From contig NC_045697.1 of the NCBI RefSeq assembly GCF_009834535.1, positions 82,338,001 through 82,402,000 on the forward strand: DNA of 64,000 nucleotides. Reading direction: 5' to 3'. The notes beneath the pieces were generated by a model. It did no database searches. It worked only from the letters and a program-made list of their open reading frames with translations, and was not told where the DNA came from. The stretch comes from Camelus ferus (Eukaryota). Each line of letters starts with the position of its first letter. Positions within the stretch are counted from its first letter, which is position 1. Shown here piece after piece: positions 11,740 through 24,480 of this stretch. The position numbers were made by a program, and so were the translations under genes.

Positions 11740-14420
11740 GTAGTTGTATGCATTACAATGTAGAATCCTGGAGTAAAGATATTAATAAATATTTTATGAA
11801 TGTGCACACCTGTGTAGCAGCCACACCTATCAAAATGTAAAATATATTCACCACCTCAGACTGTTTCCTCATTTTCCTCATTTCCTGTGCCTGCCAGTGT
11901 CCTTTGTTCTGACTTCCATCACCATATGTTAGTGACTCGTTCTTGAAATTTATTTAAATCTGAACAATACAAGATAGACTGATTTTATCTGGTTCCTTTT
12001 GGTCATCATGCTGTCCCTGAGATTCAGGCAGGTTATTTTGTATATAAGTACATTGAAACAATTTTGTATAAGATAACTTGCATGTGTATATCAGAGTTTA
12101 TTCATCGATTCTTCTTTTCACAGACAGACATTTGGGTTGTCTACAATTTCAGTTTTTCTATTGACAGCAAATAGCTGTTAATAGTTTGGTGCTATTTGGA
12201 GGAAAGCTGCTGTGAATGATATTTTACATGCCTTTTATAGCTAAATGCTATAAATTTCTTTTTGGATGTGTAAATAGGAATGAAATTACTGGCTCATGGG
12301 ATAGGAAAATGCTTGGTTTCAGTAGGTACTGCCCAAGGGATTTCCATAGTTTCTTTTAATCAATTTAACTCTCTCCTGCAAAATACAAGTCTTCCAGTGA
12401 CTTCACATCCTTGCTAATACTTAAAACTGTCACCTTTTAAATGTTTATCCATTCCAGGATATGTAGTAATAGTTCATTTTGGTTTTTATTTTCATTTCTC
12501 CATGAGTAATAGTATCAAGCAAGATTTTATAGATTTATTTCCTATTTGGAGATTCTCTTTAGTTAAGTGTATTTTAAAGACTTGTGTGCAATATATAAAC
12601 TGTTTTCTTTACTTCTTTGTCTGTGGTTGTTCTTTACATATTTTGGAAATTATTCTTTTCTCATATATATGTTTGAAGTATCTTCTCCCATTCTGTGACT
12701 TGCCAACTTGATGCATTGAAGTTCTTAACTTTAATGAAGTCCAAATTATTAATTTTTATGCCTAATCCTCTTTGTAACCTGAATAACATTTTGGACTATG
12801 CAATATCATAAATACGTCTCCTATTTAAATTTCTATAATATTTATAATTTTTAAACCTTATATCTATAATCTTCACTGTATCAGCTTTCACACTTATAAC
12901 TGTGATCCATATAAAATTAATATTTGTATATTGTATGAAGTAGCCAGTTTTGCTCCTGCCAAATTTATTGAACTGATCATTCTTCCCTTAAATGAATTGT
13001 GTTTTCTCTTTGCCATAAATTAAGTGAATGTAGTTGTCTCTTTATTTTTTTTCTATCTTTCAGTTTGTCTAAGCTTGCACTAATTATTTACTATTCCAAA
13101 GGTTTAGTGTAAACCTCAAAATATGGTACTAGAATTCTACAGTTCTGTTCTTGTTCTTCAAATTAGCATTGTCTAAGTCTGTTGCCTTTCTGTATGTTTT
13201 AGGCTTTTGCAGCCCTTAAATTTTAGGTTAAAATACCAATAAAAACATCTGGCCTTAAGATATTTTTACTTGTGGGGGGAGAGTAATTACATAGTTAATA
13301 TCCTTTATATGTAGAAGACTGTCCAATTTTCTGTTTTCTCAGATTAGAGTAGTAATTTTGTATTTCAGTTTTCTGACTAGTCCTTGAAATATTACTTAGA
13401 TTATATTCAATATACATATTAATTTAAGGATAATATTAACAATATACAATGTGGATCTCCATATATAATTATCAGTTAACAAGATATTTATTTACAATTT
13501 TAGGTTTAATTTTTATCAGCACTGTCTTGTAGTTCTAAATTCACAGATCTTCTATGACTCTTTTTTTTTTGAGATTTTTGCCTTCATAGTAAATAATTTT
13601 GATGCTACTATAAATGGTATTTTCATATTCAATTTCTATTTTTCACTAATGTATAGCAATATAATTGGTTTTATATATTGACATTAAGTTTGATGACCTT
13701 GCAAAATTTACATCTAAATTCTGAGAGTTTCTTTATAGAATTTTTAAAAACTAAATCATTTGTGAATCAGGACAGATTTTACCATTTCTTTTCAACGTTT
13801 ATGCCATTCTTCCCCTTGTGCTATTGACTGACAGTGATTTTTGAGTATAATGTTTCATTCTAACCTCAGAAGACATGCATTAGTATTTTGCCATTGATTT
13901 TAATATGATCTGTAATTTAAAAAAGCAAAGATAGATGTAGAGATAGATGTAAACAGGTAAATATGGGTATACCCCCTTATTTGATAAAGGTGGCCTCTGT
14001 CTATTACAAGTTAATTGAGAATAGTTATCATATATAGGTGTTGAATTTAATAAAATGTATTTCAGCATCTACAAGATAATATACTTCTCTCCTTTATCCT
14101 GTAAACATGGTGCATCATATTGATTGATTTTCCAATGGTAAATCCCACTCACACCCCTGTAATTGCCTGCTCTTGGACATAATTAATCATATTTTTTATA
14201 TATTGTTAAATCCCATTTGTTATTATTTAGGGTTTTTACATCTATGGCTATGAGAGTTAGTGTGTACTTAATTATAATTTCTTAAGTCTTTTTTTGAGTT
14301 TCATTTTCAAAGTTTTATTGGTCTCCTGAACTAAGTTTATAAACTGATTTTTGCTTTTCTCAGGAAGAATTTGTGTAAGGTTAGCATTATTTTGTCCTCA
14401 AAAGTTTGGAAAGATTTATC
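11740..14420 (-). mobile_element. Ancient, highly diverged LINE-1 (L1ME/L1M5-like) ORF2 and 3' UTR
   Basis: Degenerate motifs in L1 order: cagacatttgggttgtctacaattt; cttcacatccttgctaatac; gttcttaactttaatgaagtcca; cctaatcc; attgattgattttccaatggtaaatcc. Confidence 0.7.
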
Positions 14421-15179
14421 AGTGAAAGTGGTGATCTTGCCTTTGAAGGATTTGTTTTGTTTGGTTGGGATGATTTTCAAAGAGTATTCAAAATTTTTCC
14501 TTCTCATGGTGGTTTTGATAAATTGTGTTGAATATTATCATTTGCCATATTTATGTATCTATTGTACTAAATATGTTTTTATAATATCACATTATTTAAT
14601 ATTGTTATAATTCCACATCCGTGCATAATCTTGCCTGCTCTTCAGGAAATAAGAGATATAATTAGAGCATAACCTGAAGCTTTCATATAACAAAAATGCC
14701 TCTTTGACCTTGTAGTACACTCAAATGAAAAGTGTTGCTAATCTGTTTCTAGAAATCACATATATTTATGTGCATGATGCTGTAAGAATCCCTGATACCA
14801 TTTCATCATCAGTCATACTTTTTAGCAGGAACCAATTCTAGCCCATTTCAGGAAAAAAACATCAGTCATATTTTATGTAATAAGTTTGTTGTTGACTATC
14901 ACAATATACTCATATCTCACTTTTAAAGATCTACAGTTTTCAATATGCAATTTTAAATTAATAGTAACATCTACATTACAGGAAAAAAATAGGACTTCAG
15001 TAAATGATGTTAAAGCCCAGAAAATTATTATGTCATAGAAGTTTTAGTTTAATACATTAAATTACAAAAGATTTTTGGTAAATTCAGGGTGAACCCCACA
15101 GAATTCTTTGGATATGAGGAATATTGTAATTTGAGATAATAATACTAGAAAAACAATAATTAACAATAATAAAAACAAA

Positions 15180-16500
15180 AATATCTAACATTAAGTACTT
15201 TCAGTGTGTCAAATATTTGCTAATAATGTTGCATAAATCATCACATTTACTAAATTATGAATAGTTAGAGGTAAATATTAATATTCAGTTTCTGGATGAC
15301 AAATAATCCTTAAATTTATATGGAATCACAAAAGATCGTAATTGCTAAAGAAATACTGAAGAAAAAGAACAAAGCTGGAGGAATAACCCTCCCATTCTAC
15401 AGACAATACTACAGAGCTACAGTAATCAAAACAGCATGGTATTTGCACAAAAAAACATACATATGGATCAGTGGAATAGAATGGAGAGCCCAGAAATAAA
15501 CCCACAGACTTACAGTCAATTAATCTTCAACAAAGGAGGCAAGAATATGCAATGGTGAAAAGATAGTCTCTTCAGCAAGTGTTGCTGGGAAAACTGGACA
15601 ATCACATGTAAATCAGTGAAGTTAGAACACACCCTCACATCATACATGCAAATAAACTCACATGGCTATGATAAATGCTGGAGAGGGTGTGTAGAAAAGG
15701 GAACTCTCCTACACTGCTAGTGGGAATGTAGTTTGGTGCAGCCATTATGGAAAACGGTATGGAGATTCCTCAAAAATTTGAGAATAGACTTACCATATGA
15801 TCCAGCAATCCCACTTCTGGGCATATATCTGGAGGGAACTCTAATTTGAAAAGATAAATGCACCCCAATGTTCATAGCAGCACTGTATACAATAGTCAAG
15901 ACATGAAGCAACCTAAATGTTCATTGACAGATGACTGGATAAAGAAGTTGTGGTATATTTATACAATGGAATACTACTCAACCATGTAAAGAATAAAATA
16001 ATGCCATTTGCAGCAACAGGGATGGATCTAGAGATCATCATTCTAAGTGAAGTAAGCCAGAATAAGAAAGAAGAATACCATATGATATCACTCATATGTG
16101 GAATCTTAAAAAAAAAAATCTACAAAACAGATACAGCCTCGCATAATAAACAAACTTACTTATGGTTACTGGGGGGAAGGAGGTATGAAGGGATAAATTG
16201 GGAGTTTGAGATATGCAAATACTAACTACTATATATAAAAGAGATGAAAAACAAATTTCTTCTATGTAGCACAGGGAGCTATATTCAATATCTTATAGTA
16301 ACCAATAATGAAAAAATATGAAAACAATTATATGTATGTATATGTATGACTGAAACATTGTGCTGTACACTGGAAATTGACACATTGTAACTGACTATAC
16401 TTCAATAAAAATATATATATTCAGTTTCTGCACATGAGGAAACAGATTTAGGCAAGTAGCTTATTTAAAGTCTCAAAGCCAGTAAGTACTGTAGTTGCAT
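15180..16500 (-). mobile_element. MIR SINE split by the L1 insertion (pieces ~15180-15294 and 16431-16500)
   Basis: Joined flanks read ...gaggtaaatattaatattcagtttctgcacatgaggaaacagatttaggcaagt..., the reverse MIR core. Confidence 0.6.
15295..16416 (+). mobile_element. Young 5'-truncated L1 with an internal deletion and a perfect 14-bp TSD
   Basis: ORF2 C-terminus (KNKIMPFAATGMDLEIIILSEVSQ) plus 3' UTR. TSD atattcagtttctg at 15281-15294 and 16417-16430. Confidence 0.92.
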
Positions 16501-17829
16501 GACAACAGAAGCAGCATTCACCACTGCCTATCTGCAGTGGTCATAACTCTTGTAAACAAACAGCAGCACAGCTGGGCAGGTTTGCTTTCTAGACTGATGT
16601 ATTGTTTAGCCAATTAATTCCTCATGATGGAAGAATTTATGCTCTTTCTGTATCAGTTTCTCAGGAAAAATAGAGACTGAGGAATCAGCTATACAAGAGA
16701 AGTGACATTCTATAACTCATGAGAGTGAAAAGTGTCAATAAGATTTAAAGAAACTAAGTTAAACATAATTTAGCAAAAGCCTCACTCTAGGCACAGGAAG
16801 TGTTAAGTTTTTAACTGAATTGTCTAGATATGTTTCTCAATAGAAAAGGCACCCAGTAGATGGTTTGGAAGAAAGGGAAATAAACTCCCAGCTTCAGATG
16901 ATTTTTTTTAATACCCTAAATCCTAGATTGTTCAGGTTAATTTTAGAGCCAGAGACTTCCTGCAATTTGATTTTAGAAATAGCCAATATTTTTCTTAGAA
17001 TTAAACCTGATGATTAAGGCAAGGATCAGAAATGGTAATACTATTTTCAGTCATTAAAAGGAAGATGGATTTAAAGACAGTAGAAAGATATTTAAGGCCA
17101 CTCAGTAGTGTCTTAATAGATGGCTCCACTTCTAGGCTAAATGTATAGTCTCCCAGCTCAACTATACTGAAACACAAAACCCACTCTGTAGTATTTACAT
17201 TTTCATAGTGTTAGTAAAACCAGTTCCACTTACATATATTAACACTTAACTTTGCATGTATTGCACGTCTCCTTTTCCATGATTATTTTTGAAAATGTTA
17301 GTGCTCATACACCAATCTCCAAAAGCTAAAAAGAAATCAACAGCATCACATGATTACATTGAATTAGTGACCAAAAACCTGTTTTCTTACAGGCCACAAC
17401 TTGCAGGGCATGTCACTCAGCTAAGGCACAGCACCGAAGTTATCATGATACCATATCATCCCTGTCAGTTACAAGGATGATTCTAGAAAATTTTCAACTC
17501 TATGCCAGGGGGTGTCAGGTGGACTGAGATGCTAACAAAGATGAAGAAAAAAATAAATCATTGGCATTTTCATGAAGGAAAGTGGCAGACCCCTAACCTC
17601 ATCAGCAAAACGGTTATTCCAGGCAAATGCTTGGAAATCTAGGATCTGTCTCTCCTCTCAGTGTTTTCCGCTTCACTCTTCAACAGAAACAATAACCGCA
17701 TGAAGCCTCTAAAATATTGCAGAGAAGAATGTTACAAGCACAACCACTTTTTTTAAATTTCTTTGGTATTCCGCTTTAGCTTAGTCTTTCAAAGGAGAGA
17801 GATTATTCAAAGTATGTGATCTAAAATAA

Positions 17830-18050
17830 TATCGTGGATGGAGCATTTGGCTTGGAGTTTAAACAGGCCTGACTTTGAATTCCAACTTAACTTTTGTATT
17901 ATGAGATTTTGGACCAGTTACATGCTCTCAACAACTTGACTTTCCTCCCCTGTAAAACTGACATAAAAACATTACTGCAGATTCATTTTGTAAGATTAAG
18001 AAGTGAACAATGTTAAGGAACAGAGGGCCTTAAAAATTGCAAATATTATT
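17830..18050 (+). mobile_element. MIR SINE
   Basis: ggcttggagtttaaacaggcctgactttgaattcc...tttcctcccctgtaaaact...taagattaag. Confidence 0.6.
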
Positions 18051-19449
18051 ATGTTTGAAATTTACCTTATTGATTCTTAAAGATAATTGATCATTTGAAA
18101 ACAGTTCTCCCAAATGAAGATAACTGAGATCAGTAAGGTCATTTCCTGAAGAGTAGAACTTTCTGAAGATGTCTTCCAAAATATAAAAAAGAAAATCTTC
18201 ATTCTTATTTTAGGTTACTTTTGAGCATGCAAACATTCTAAATGGAGAAAAAAATTGGTGCTCCTGAAATTTAGAATGTATAAAAAACTTTTAAAATGGC
18301 AAAACCAAAGGCTCTCAATATAATGAATTCCTCCTCGGTCCCTACTTTAAGAAACAAAGACATTTTGAGGCCAATACATAGTGAGCAATAACAAACATTA
18401 CATTCCCACAAAAGTTGGTCAGCACTCTATGCAGCTTTGAGTCAGAGGTTTTCTGCTCCGAAATTAGAATCAAATTCTGCTTTTGTGAAAAAAAACTCTT
18501 GAGTGATGAGTTTCAACTTCAAAATTACATTTGAATGAGAAGGTGAACTTTTAATGGAACTTTGATAACTTGCATGCATATATTGTGTTTATCTGTATTT
18601 TGTGTGAAGGTTTAGTCAGAAATGTCTGAATAAAAGAACAGATGGAAACTTCATTTAAATTTCGAGAGAATGAATACCACATACTTGGTTCAATAAAGCA
18701 ATTTAAATAAGTTTTCCATCTTATATAAACTCTATTTAATGGTGTATTCAACTGAGGAATTCTAAAATAGCAAAACACTAACTATAAAACAACTAACCCT
18801 AAACGTTTCTCACGTATGTGTAAGCTTAAAAACATGTTCTGAGAACATGGAAATTTTGATAGTGTTGTCCAAAGGATATTAAATGTCCATTATTGATTGA
18901 TTAGGTCTACCATTTTTTTAAGTCCAAACTGTTCCACAATAGGAAAAAAAAAATCACGAATAAGACTAGATAGAGGAAAGCAAGGATTATGGTTCAGTGC
19001 AAAGATGAGAATGTATTTTCAGTAGGTCCCCAGGAGGGTTGTCAAGGGCTCCAGCAGGCTCAAAGGTTTAAATGCCACATTTCTCTTCAGTGACTATCTT
19101 TCTTTGCATTCTTTGTCATTGTTGTATGTTCCACTCCCTCATTTAGTACCAGGAATTAAACAAAAACCATTTTTGCTTTGCCTCACCTTTTAACACTATA
19201 AAGAATATAAAAATCATTTTTTCTCGTTCAGCTATTTTCTTTATGTATAACAATGCATATCCCCCTATGACACAATAGAGGTGAAAGACTCTAAAATACT
19301 TACAGAAATAAATAAATATGGAATAAAGTCGTATTAGTCATTATTGTTATAATGTCAATAGTTTGAAGTTTAATAAATAACATTTATCCAAGTCAAACAG
19401 TAGGTAATGAGGGGATCTTTGATAATAGCAAAGGGGTAGTATTGTAGAA

Positions 19450-20305
19450 GAAATAATCATACACTCTGCACAGTTCTTAAAAAGAAATATTTGAAGTGAA
19501 ATATAGAAAGTGACAACAAATAGGCAGAAACATGAAGGTATTTGACCCTCAACAAAAGAGAACTACACTGAGGGAGACTGAATGTAATAACACATGACTT
19601 ACCTTTGGAAGGCACCCCACAGCCCGTGTGGCTCAGTGCACACAGAATGTAGGGAGAAAACCTCAGACTTTGGTTTGAGGTGTCAGAAGATGGAATTAGA
19701 AAGTAACCAGAGAGGCAGGGAATTGAAAAGAGAAATCCCATGAAGGAAAGAAGTGTAGCAGAAAGTCCCCCAATAGACTTACAAGCTCTGTCCAAATCCT
19801 TAGATTACATCTAACCCATGCATACATTTAGAAAACTTCAAGGGTCTTAGTAGAAAGCCACAGCAGAAGGCTGAAAGAAGCAAACAGTTAGTTATAGCTG
19901 CACAATGACTCTTTTGCTTTTTGAGTTCAATAAATTATTTGACCACTGGAACAAAGATCAACACATTTAAGAGGAAGATGAGAAGCTAGAAAAAGGTCAG
20001 CACTTCCAGATGCACAAAGGAATAGGGAAAAGTCACTGGTAATTCAAAGAAAAGTAGTTGAGCGGCTCCAAACCTGAGGCTATCTTTATATATATAGTGA
20101 CCAAAGGAAATATGACAGTAAAATTCATTTAATGGTGAATCTTTAAAAAATAGAAAGTGAAACAAAACAAAAATGGAAATGCTAGAACCAAAACATACAA
20201 TAAATGAAATGAAAAGTTTACCAGATAGGCTCATCACAGATTAGAGAAAGCTGAAATTCAGGCAGGTCGACGGAAATGACCCAGTTTGAAGAACATAAAG
20301 GGAAG
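19450..20305 (+). mobile_element. Old L1 5' region/ORF1 fragment
   Basis: aacaaaatggaaatgctagaaccaaaacatacaataaatgaaatgaaaagtttaccagataggctc resembles the L1 ORF1 coiled-coil region. Confidence 0.6.
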
Positions 20306-21624
20306 AACCTGTGTGGCAACCTGGCATGAGATGCTGGAGCGCCAGCCAGTTGAGGGGAGATCAACATGGGAGAAGAGACCAGTTTAAGGAGTGAGCCTGA
20401 GCAGGGAGACGAGGGTGGAGATGCAGTAAGGAGTGGCACGGACAATGAGTGAAAGCACTTGCATAGTGCAGGAAGTGTGTGGGAGAGGTGTCCACCATGA
20501 GGTACTGAAGCCTAAAAGAAGCATGATGGTCACCCTCTTTAAAAGATGGCTTGATACAAGGTGTTGGCACTTCAGTGGCTGCTTCCACCTGGGAAGCAAT
20601 CAAATGTGGGGCGTCAGAGATCCCAGGGGGATGAGGAAAACATCGTTCCTCTGTTGAATACATTTTTCTAGAACGGTAGAAAACAAAACAAAAAAATGTT
20701 TAGATTATACTCTGTGAGTCATGCTTGTTCAGTGTCCTGGTTATATATACTGGGTTTAGCAAACCTTTGCATCACTACTTAAAGAAATGAGGAAAGTGGG
20801 TTTCAGAGAATAACTTTGCCTGCATATTGCAGGAAAAAGCCAGAACTAGCTCTTATTTCTCTTGAAACCAGAGTACAGTGCCTGTTTCACAACTACCACA
20901 ATGTGCTTTAACATCAGCCCTCCAGTTACTAATTGTAAAATCAAAGAGTTAGTAAATTGTAAAATACTATTTTTAAAGTTTATGTTGAATATGTTGATTT
21001 TGTATTTTAAGCTCAGAGACCATGACAATTGCCTACTGAAGTAAGAACAAAAAATATGTTCTGTATTATACTTTACAAATGCAAATGATTTTTAATCTTC
21101 ATTGTCAGCCTTCATGAAAATTAACAGAGACTAATTAAAGACTTATCCTATTTTTATTAGAGAGATGCTCAATTTAAATAGAAAAGAATTTATATAATAT
21201 ATATTTCATGACTGTATACAAGAATATTCAGCTAGTTGAGAAGAAGTTTTCACCAGTCTTCTAGATTAGGCTGCTCAGAATATGAGTGGTACAGAGTTGA
21301 AGAAATACAGACTTTGAAGTCATGAAGCTTGTAAGATAATTTGCGGGTATTAATTTACTGACTGAAATGAGGCTTGGGTTGTAACTTAACCTCCCTTAGT
21401 CAGTTTCTCTAAAGAATTAAAAATAGAGTTCTGAATATTTTGAAGGTGTCATGAGAGAGGTATTTTGGAGGGGGATCTTCTCTTACTGGAAAAGTAGCAA
21501 TAATTCTTAACACCTTCTTCCTAGAGATTCACTTTTATATTATTCCCCATCCAATTTTATAATGTCCTCTATATTCCCATTATTTTTTGTTTGTTTATAA
21601 TCTCTAAATGAGATTTGTAAAATT

Positions 21625-22570
21625 TTTAAGTTGAAGTACAGTCGATTTACAATATTGTGTTAATTTCTGGTGTGCAGCATAGTGATTCAGTTATACATAC
21701 ATATATTCCTTTTCATTATAAGCTATTACGAAGTACTGAATATAGTTCCCTGTGCTATACAGTAGGACCTTGTTGTTTATCTGTTATGTACAGTAGTGTG
21801 TATCTGCAAATCTCCAATTCCCAGTTTATCCTTCCCTACCTCCTTTCCTTGCTGTCAAGTATAAATTTGTTTCCTACGTCTGTGAATCTGTTTTGTAAAG
21901 AAGTTTATTTAGTGTCATTTTTTTAGATTCCACATATAAGTAATATCATATGGCTTATAAGACTTTGCATAGCAAAGAAACTATAAACAAAGTGAAAAGA
22001 CAGCCTATGGAATGGGGAAAATATTTGCAAATGATGTGACTGAGAAGGGCTTAATTTCCAGAATATATAAGCAACTTATATAACTCAATAACAACAACAA
22101 AAACCCAGTCCAAAATTGGGCAGAAAATCTAAACAAGCAAGTTTCCACTGAAGACATACAAATGGCTAATAGAACCTAAAAAAAAAAAAAAAAAAAAAAG
22201 CTCAATATTGCTAATTATCAGAGAAATGCAGATCAAAACTACAATGAGAAAGCACCTCACACCAGTCAGAATGGCCATCATTAAAAAGTCCATAAACAAT
22301 AAATGCTGGAGAGAGTGTGCAGAAAATGGAGCCCTTCTACAGTGTTGTTGGGAATATACTTTGGTATAGCCATTATGGAAAACAGTACAGAGATTCCTTA
22401 AAAAATTGAAAATAGACTTACTCTATAATCCAGTAATCTCATTCCTGCGCGTATATCTAGAGAAAACTCTAAATTGAAAAGATACATATACCCCAGTGTT
22501 CACAGTAGCACTATTTACAATGGCCAAGACATGGAAACAAGCTGAATGTCCATCAATAGATGATTGGATA
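21625..22570 (-). mobile_element. L1 with 5' inversion: 3' UTR on - strand (21625-21953) joined to ORF2 on + strand (21954-22570)
   Basis: Orientation switch at ...gtaatatcatatgg|cttataagactttgcatagcaaag... Confidence 0.8.
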
Positions 22571-23854
22571 TCCATGTACTGGACAGCCTGACTCTGACCA
22601 ATAAAGGTGGACAGTTTTGCTGCTCCCCCTTTAACATACATCTCCCAGGTATCCAGTCTTCTTGTACTGCTTTTGGGTTATTCAAAGTTTCTCAATATGG
22701 TATATTTCAGTCTGTATAAATCAGCTCACCTGAAATATTTTCATATACAATTAAAGCACATTTTTCTCAATTGAATTTTTCTGCCTCTTGAAGAAAATAG
22801 CCATCTGTTGATCAGTGCTAGGTTTTAAGAAACTGCCTTGTAACCTACCCCTCCCCACAAGATATCAGCATTATAAATGATGAGTTTATTTGCTCATAAT
22901 AAATAGTTTGAAAAGGCAAAATTTTATGTAAGATATTTGAAAAGCATTGTCCTTCCTGGTCAAATTATCAATTAGTAGCCACAGAACTTCAGGGATTAGT
23001 TCTGGGTTTGTAGGTGTGAGCAGACATTAATTTCAGTTTAATAGACTCTAGTAAGGTGGACTAGCTTCTTTTCCAGCGTAACTTGGCACTTGTCTCCTTT
23101 AACATTCTTGAAGTGCTTCCTTTGAGAAAAAACATACATGCACTTATCAATGGAAATGAGGAGACAAAGTGGAAAAGAATGGATTGCAGTATGTTAAAAT
23201 TTATGTGACCTAGTGCTTCTTCTTTATTTTTATATTAATGTACCCAGTATTGATTTATTTGCATTTCTTTATCCAGAATCATGGTGCATCAAGACTATGG
23301 TATCTTCCCCCTTGAACTAACATACCTGAGTATTAATCTTCATGTCTTTCCTAATAACCCATCTTCATTCAAGCTACCTGTGCTTATTATCAATCTGAAT
23401 GCACTCAGATATTTTTTTTTTTTGACTAAGCTTGTGTAAATTAGAATGTAAGCTTAAGAAATGTGCCACCCTTTCATTCAGACTGCACAGCCCACAGCCA
23501 TGCAGGTGCTTAGACGCTATGGTTAGAAAGTATCAGTGAAAACAGAGGAATGCAATTTCGTATGTTTAAAAACTACACAAGAATATATACTTAGATTCCA
23601 AGGCGTGTGCAATCTTCACCGTTTTCAGAAATACATTTTCTGCTTTTTTGTTGTTGTTGTTCATGAGGACATATATCAACATTTTTTAATCCATAAATAT
23701 AAAGGTAAGGGGTCTGAGAGCAAGATGTGCCGCGTGGGCACTTTCCTTTGCAATGCCAGAGCGGACTCTGCAGAGAAGAAAGGAGACTTGTAATGAGACA
23801 TGAGGAGTTGTGAGAAAAGACGTCATGGCAGTTTCCTGACAGAAAGACTGAGAT

Positions 23855-24000
23855 TTAACCGCCCGAAGCCGCTCCGCGGCCGCCGTCGGGAAGCAGGACG
23901 CCCGTCAGGCCCGCAGTCAAGCCCACGGCACCGGGGCCGACGCGCCGCCGCCCGCGGACGACGGATGCCCCCCCCGAGCCGTTTATTTCCTTTGCGCGCG
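23855..24000. promoter_or_regulatory. Small orphan CpG island with flanking CRE-like and TATA-like motifs
   Basis: Dense CpG/GC run (ccgcccgaagccgctccgcggccgccgtcggg...gcgcgcg) in AT-rich DNA. GACGTCA at 23819-23825; TATAAAAA at 24024-24031. Confidence 0.7.
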
Positions 24001-24299
24001 TTTAGATCTTGTGCTGTGTTATCTATAAAAAATACCCAGCCTGTATATCACTAGAAACGGACAGTGAGGGAGTAAAGTTTGCTATTAAATCTACGAGAAG
24101 GGAGAGGAAAATGCGTCTTCAGGGTTTCAGCTGCTGTTTTAAAATCTTGCTCCTGAGTAAAGCAAAGATCTATACGGATCAGATATCAAGAACTTTTAAG
24201 CTTTGCAGGAATACAGTTAAAACACTTTGTTTTAAAATGGAGAGACCATAGTAAGAATTACATAGTTTATGTCATATTGTAAAACTTCCAAGTATAAGC

Positions 24300-24480
24300 C
24301 TGCTCCTTAAGCGAGTTAAGTCACATTGCTTGGGTGACCTTGAGTAAGTAGCTTCGCCTCTTAGCTGGTTTCCTGCTCTAGAAAGAGGGACGACAACCTC
24401 TCTTTCGCTGCTTAACAGGGAAGTAAATTAGATCATCTACGTAAGGGTCCTAGCATGTGAAAGATACTTCAGACAAATGA
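24300..24480 (+). mobile_element. MIR SINE fragment
   Basis: gggtgaccttgagtaagtagcttcgcctcttagctggtttcctgctctagaa. Confidence 0.5.
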
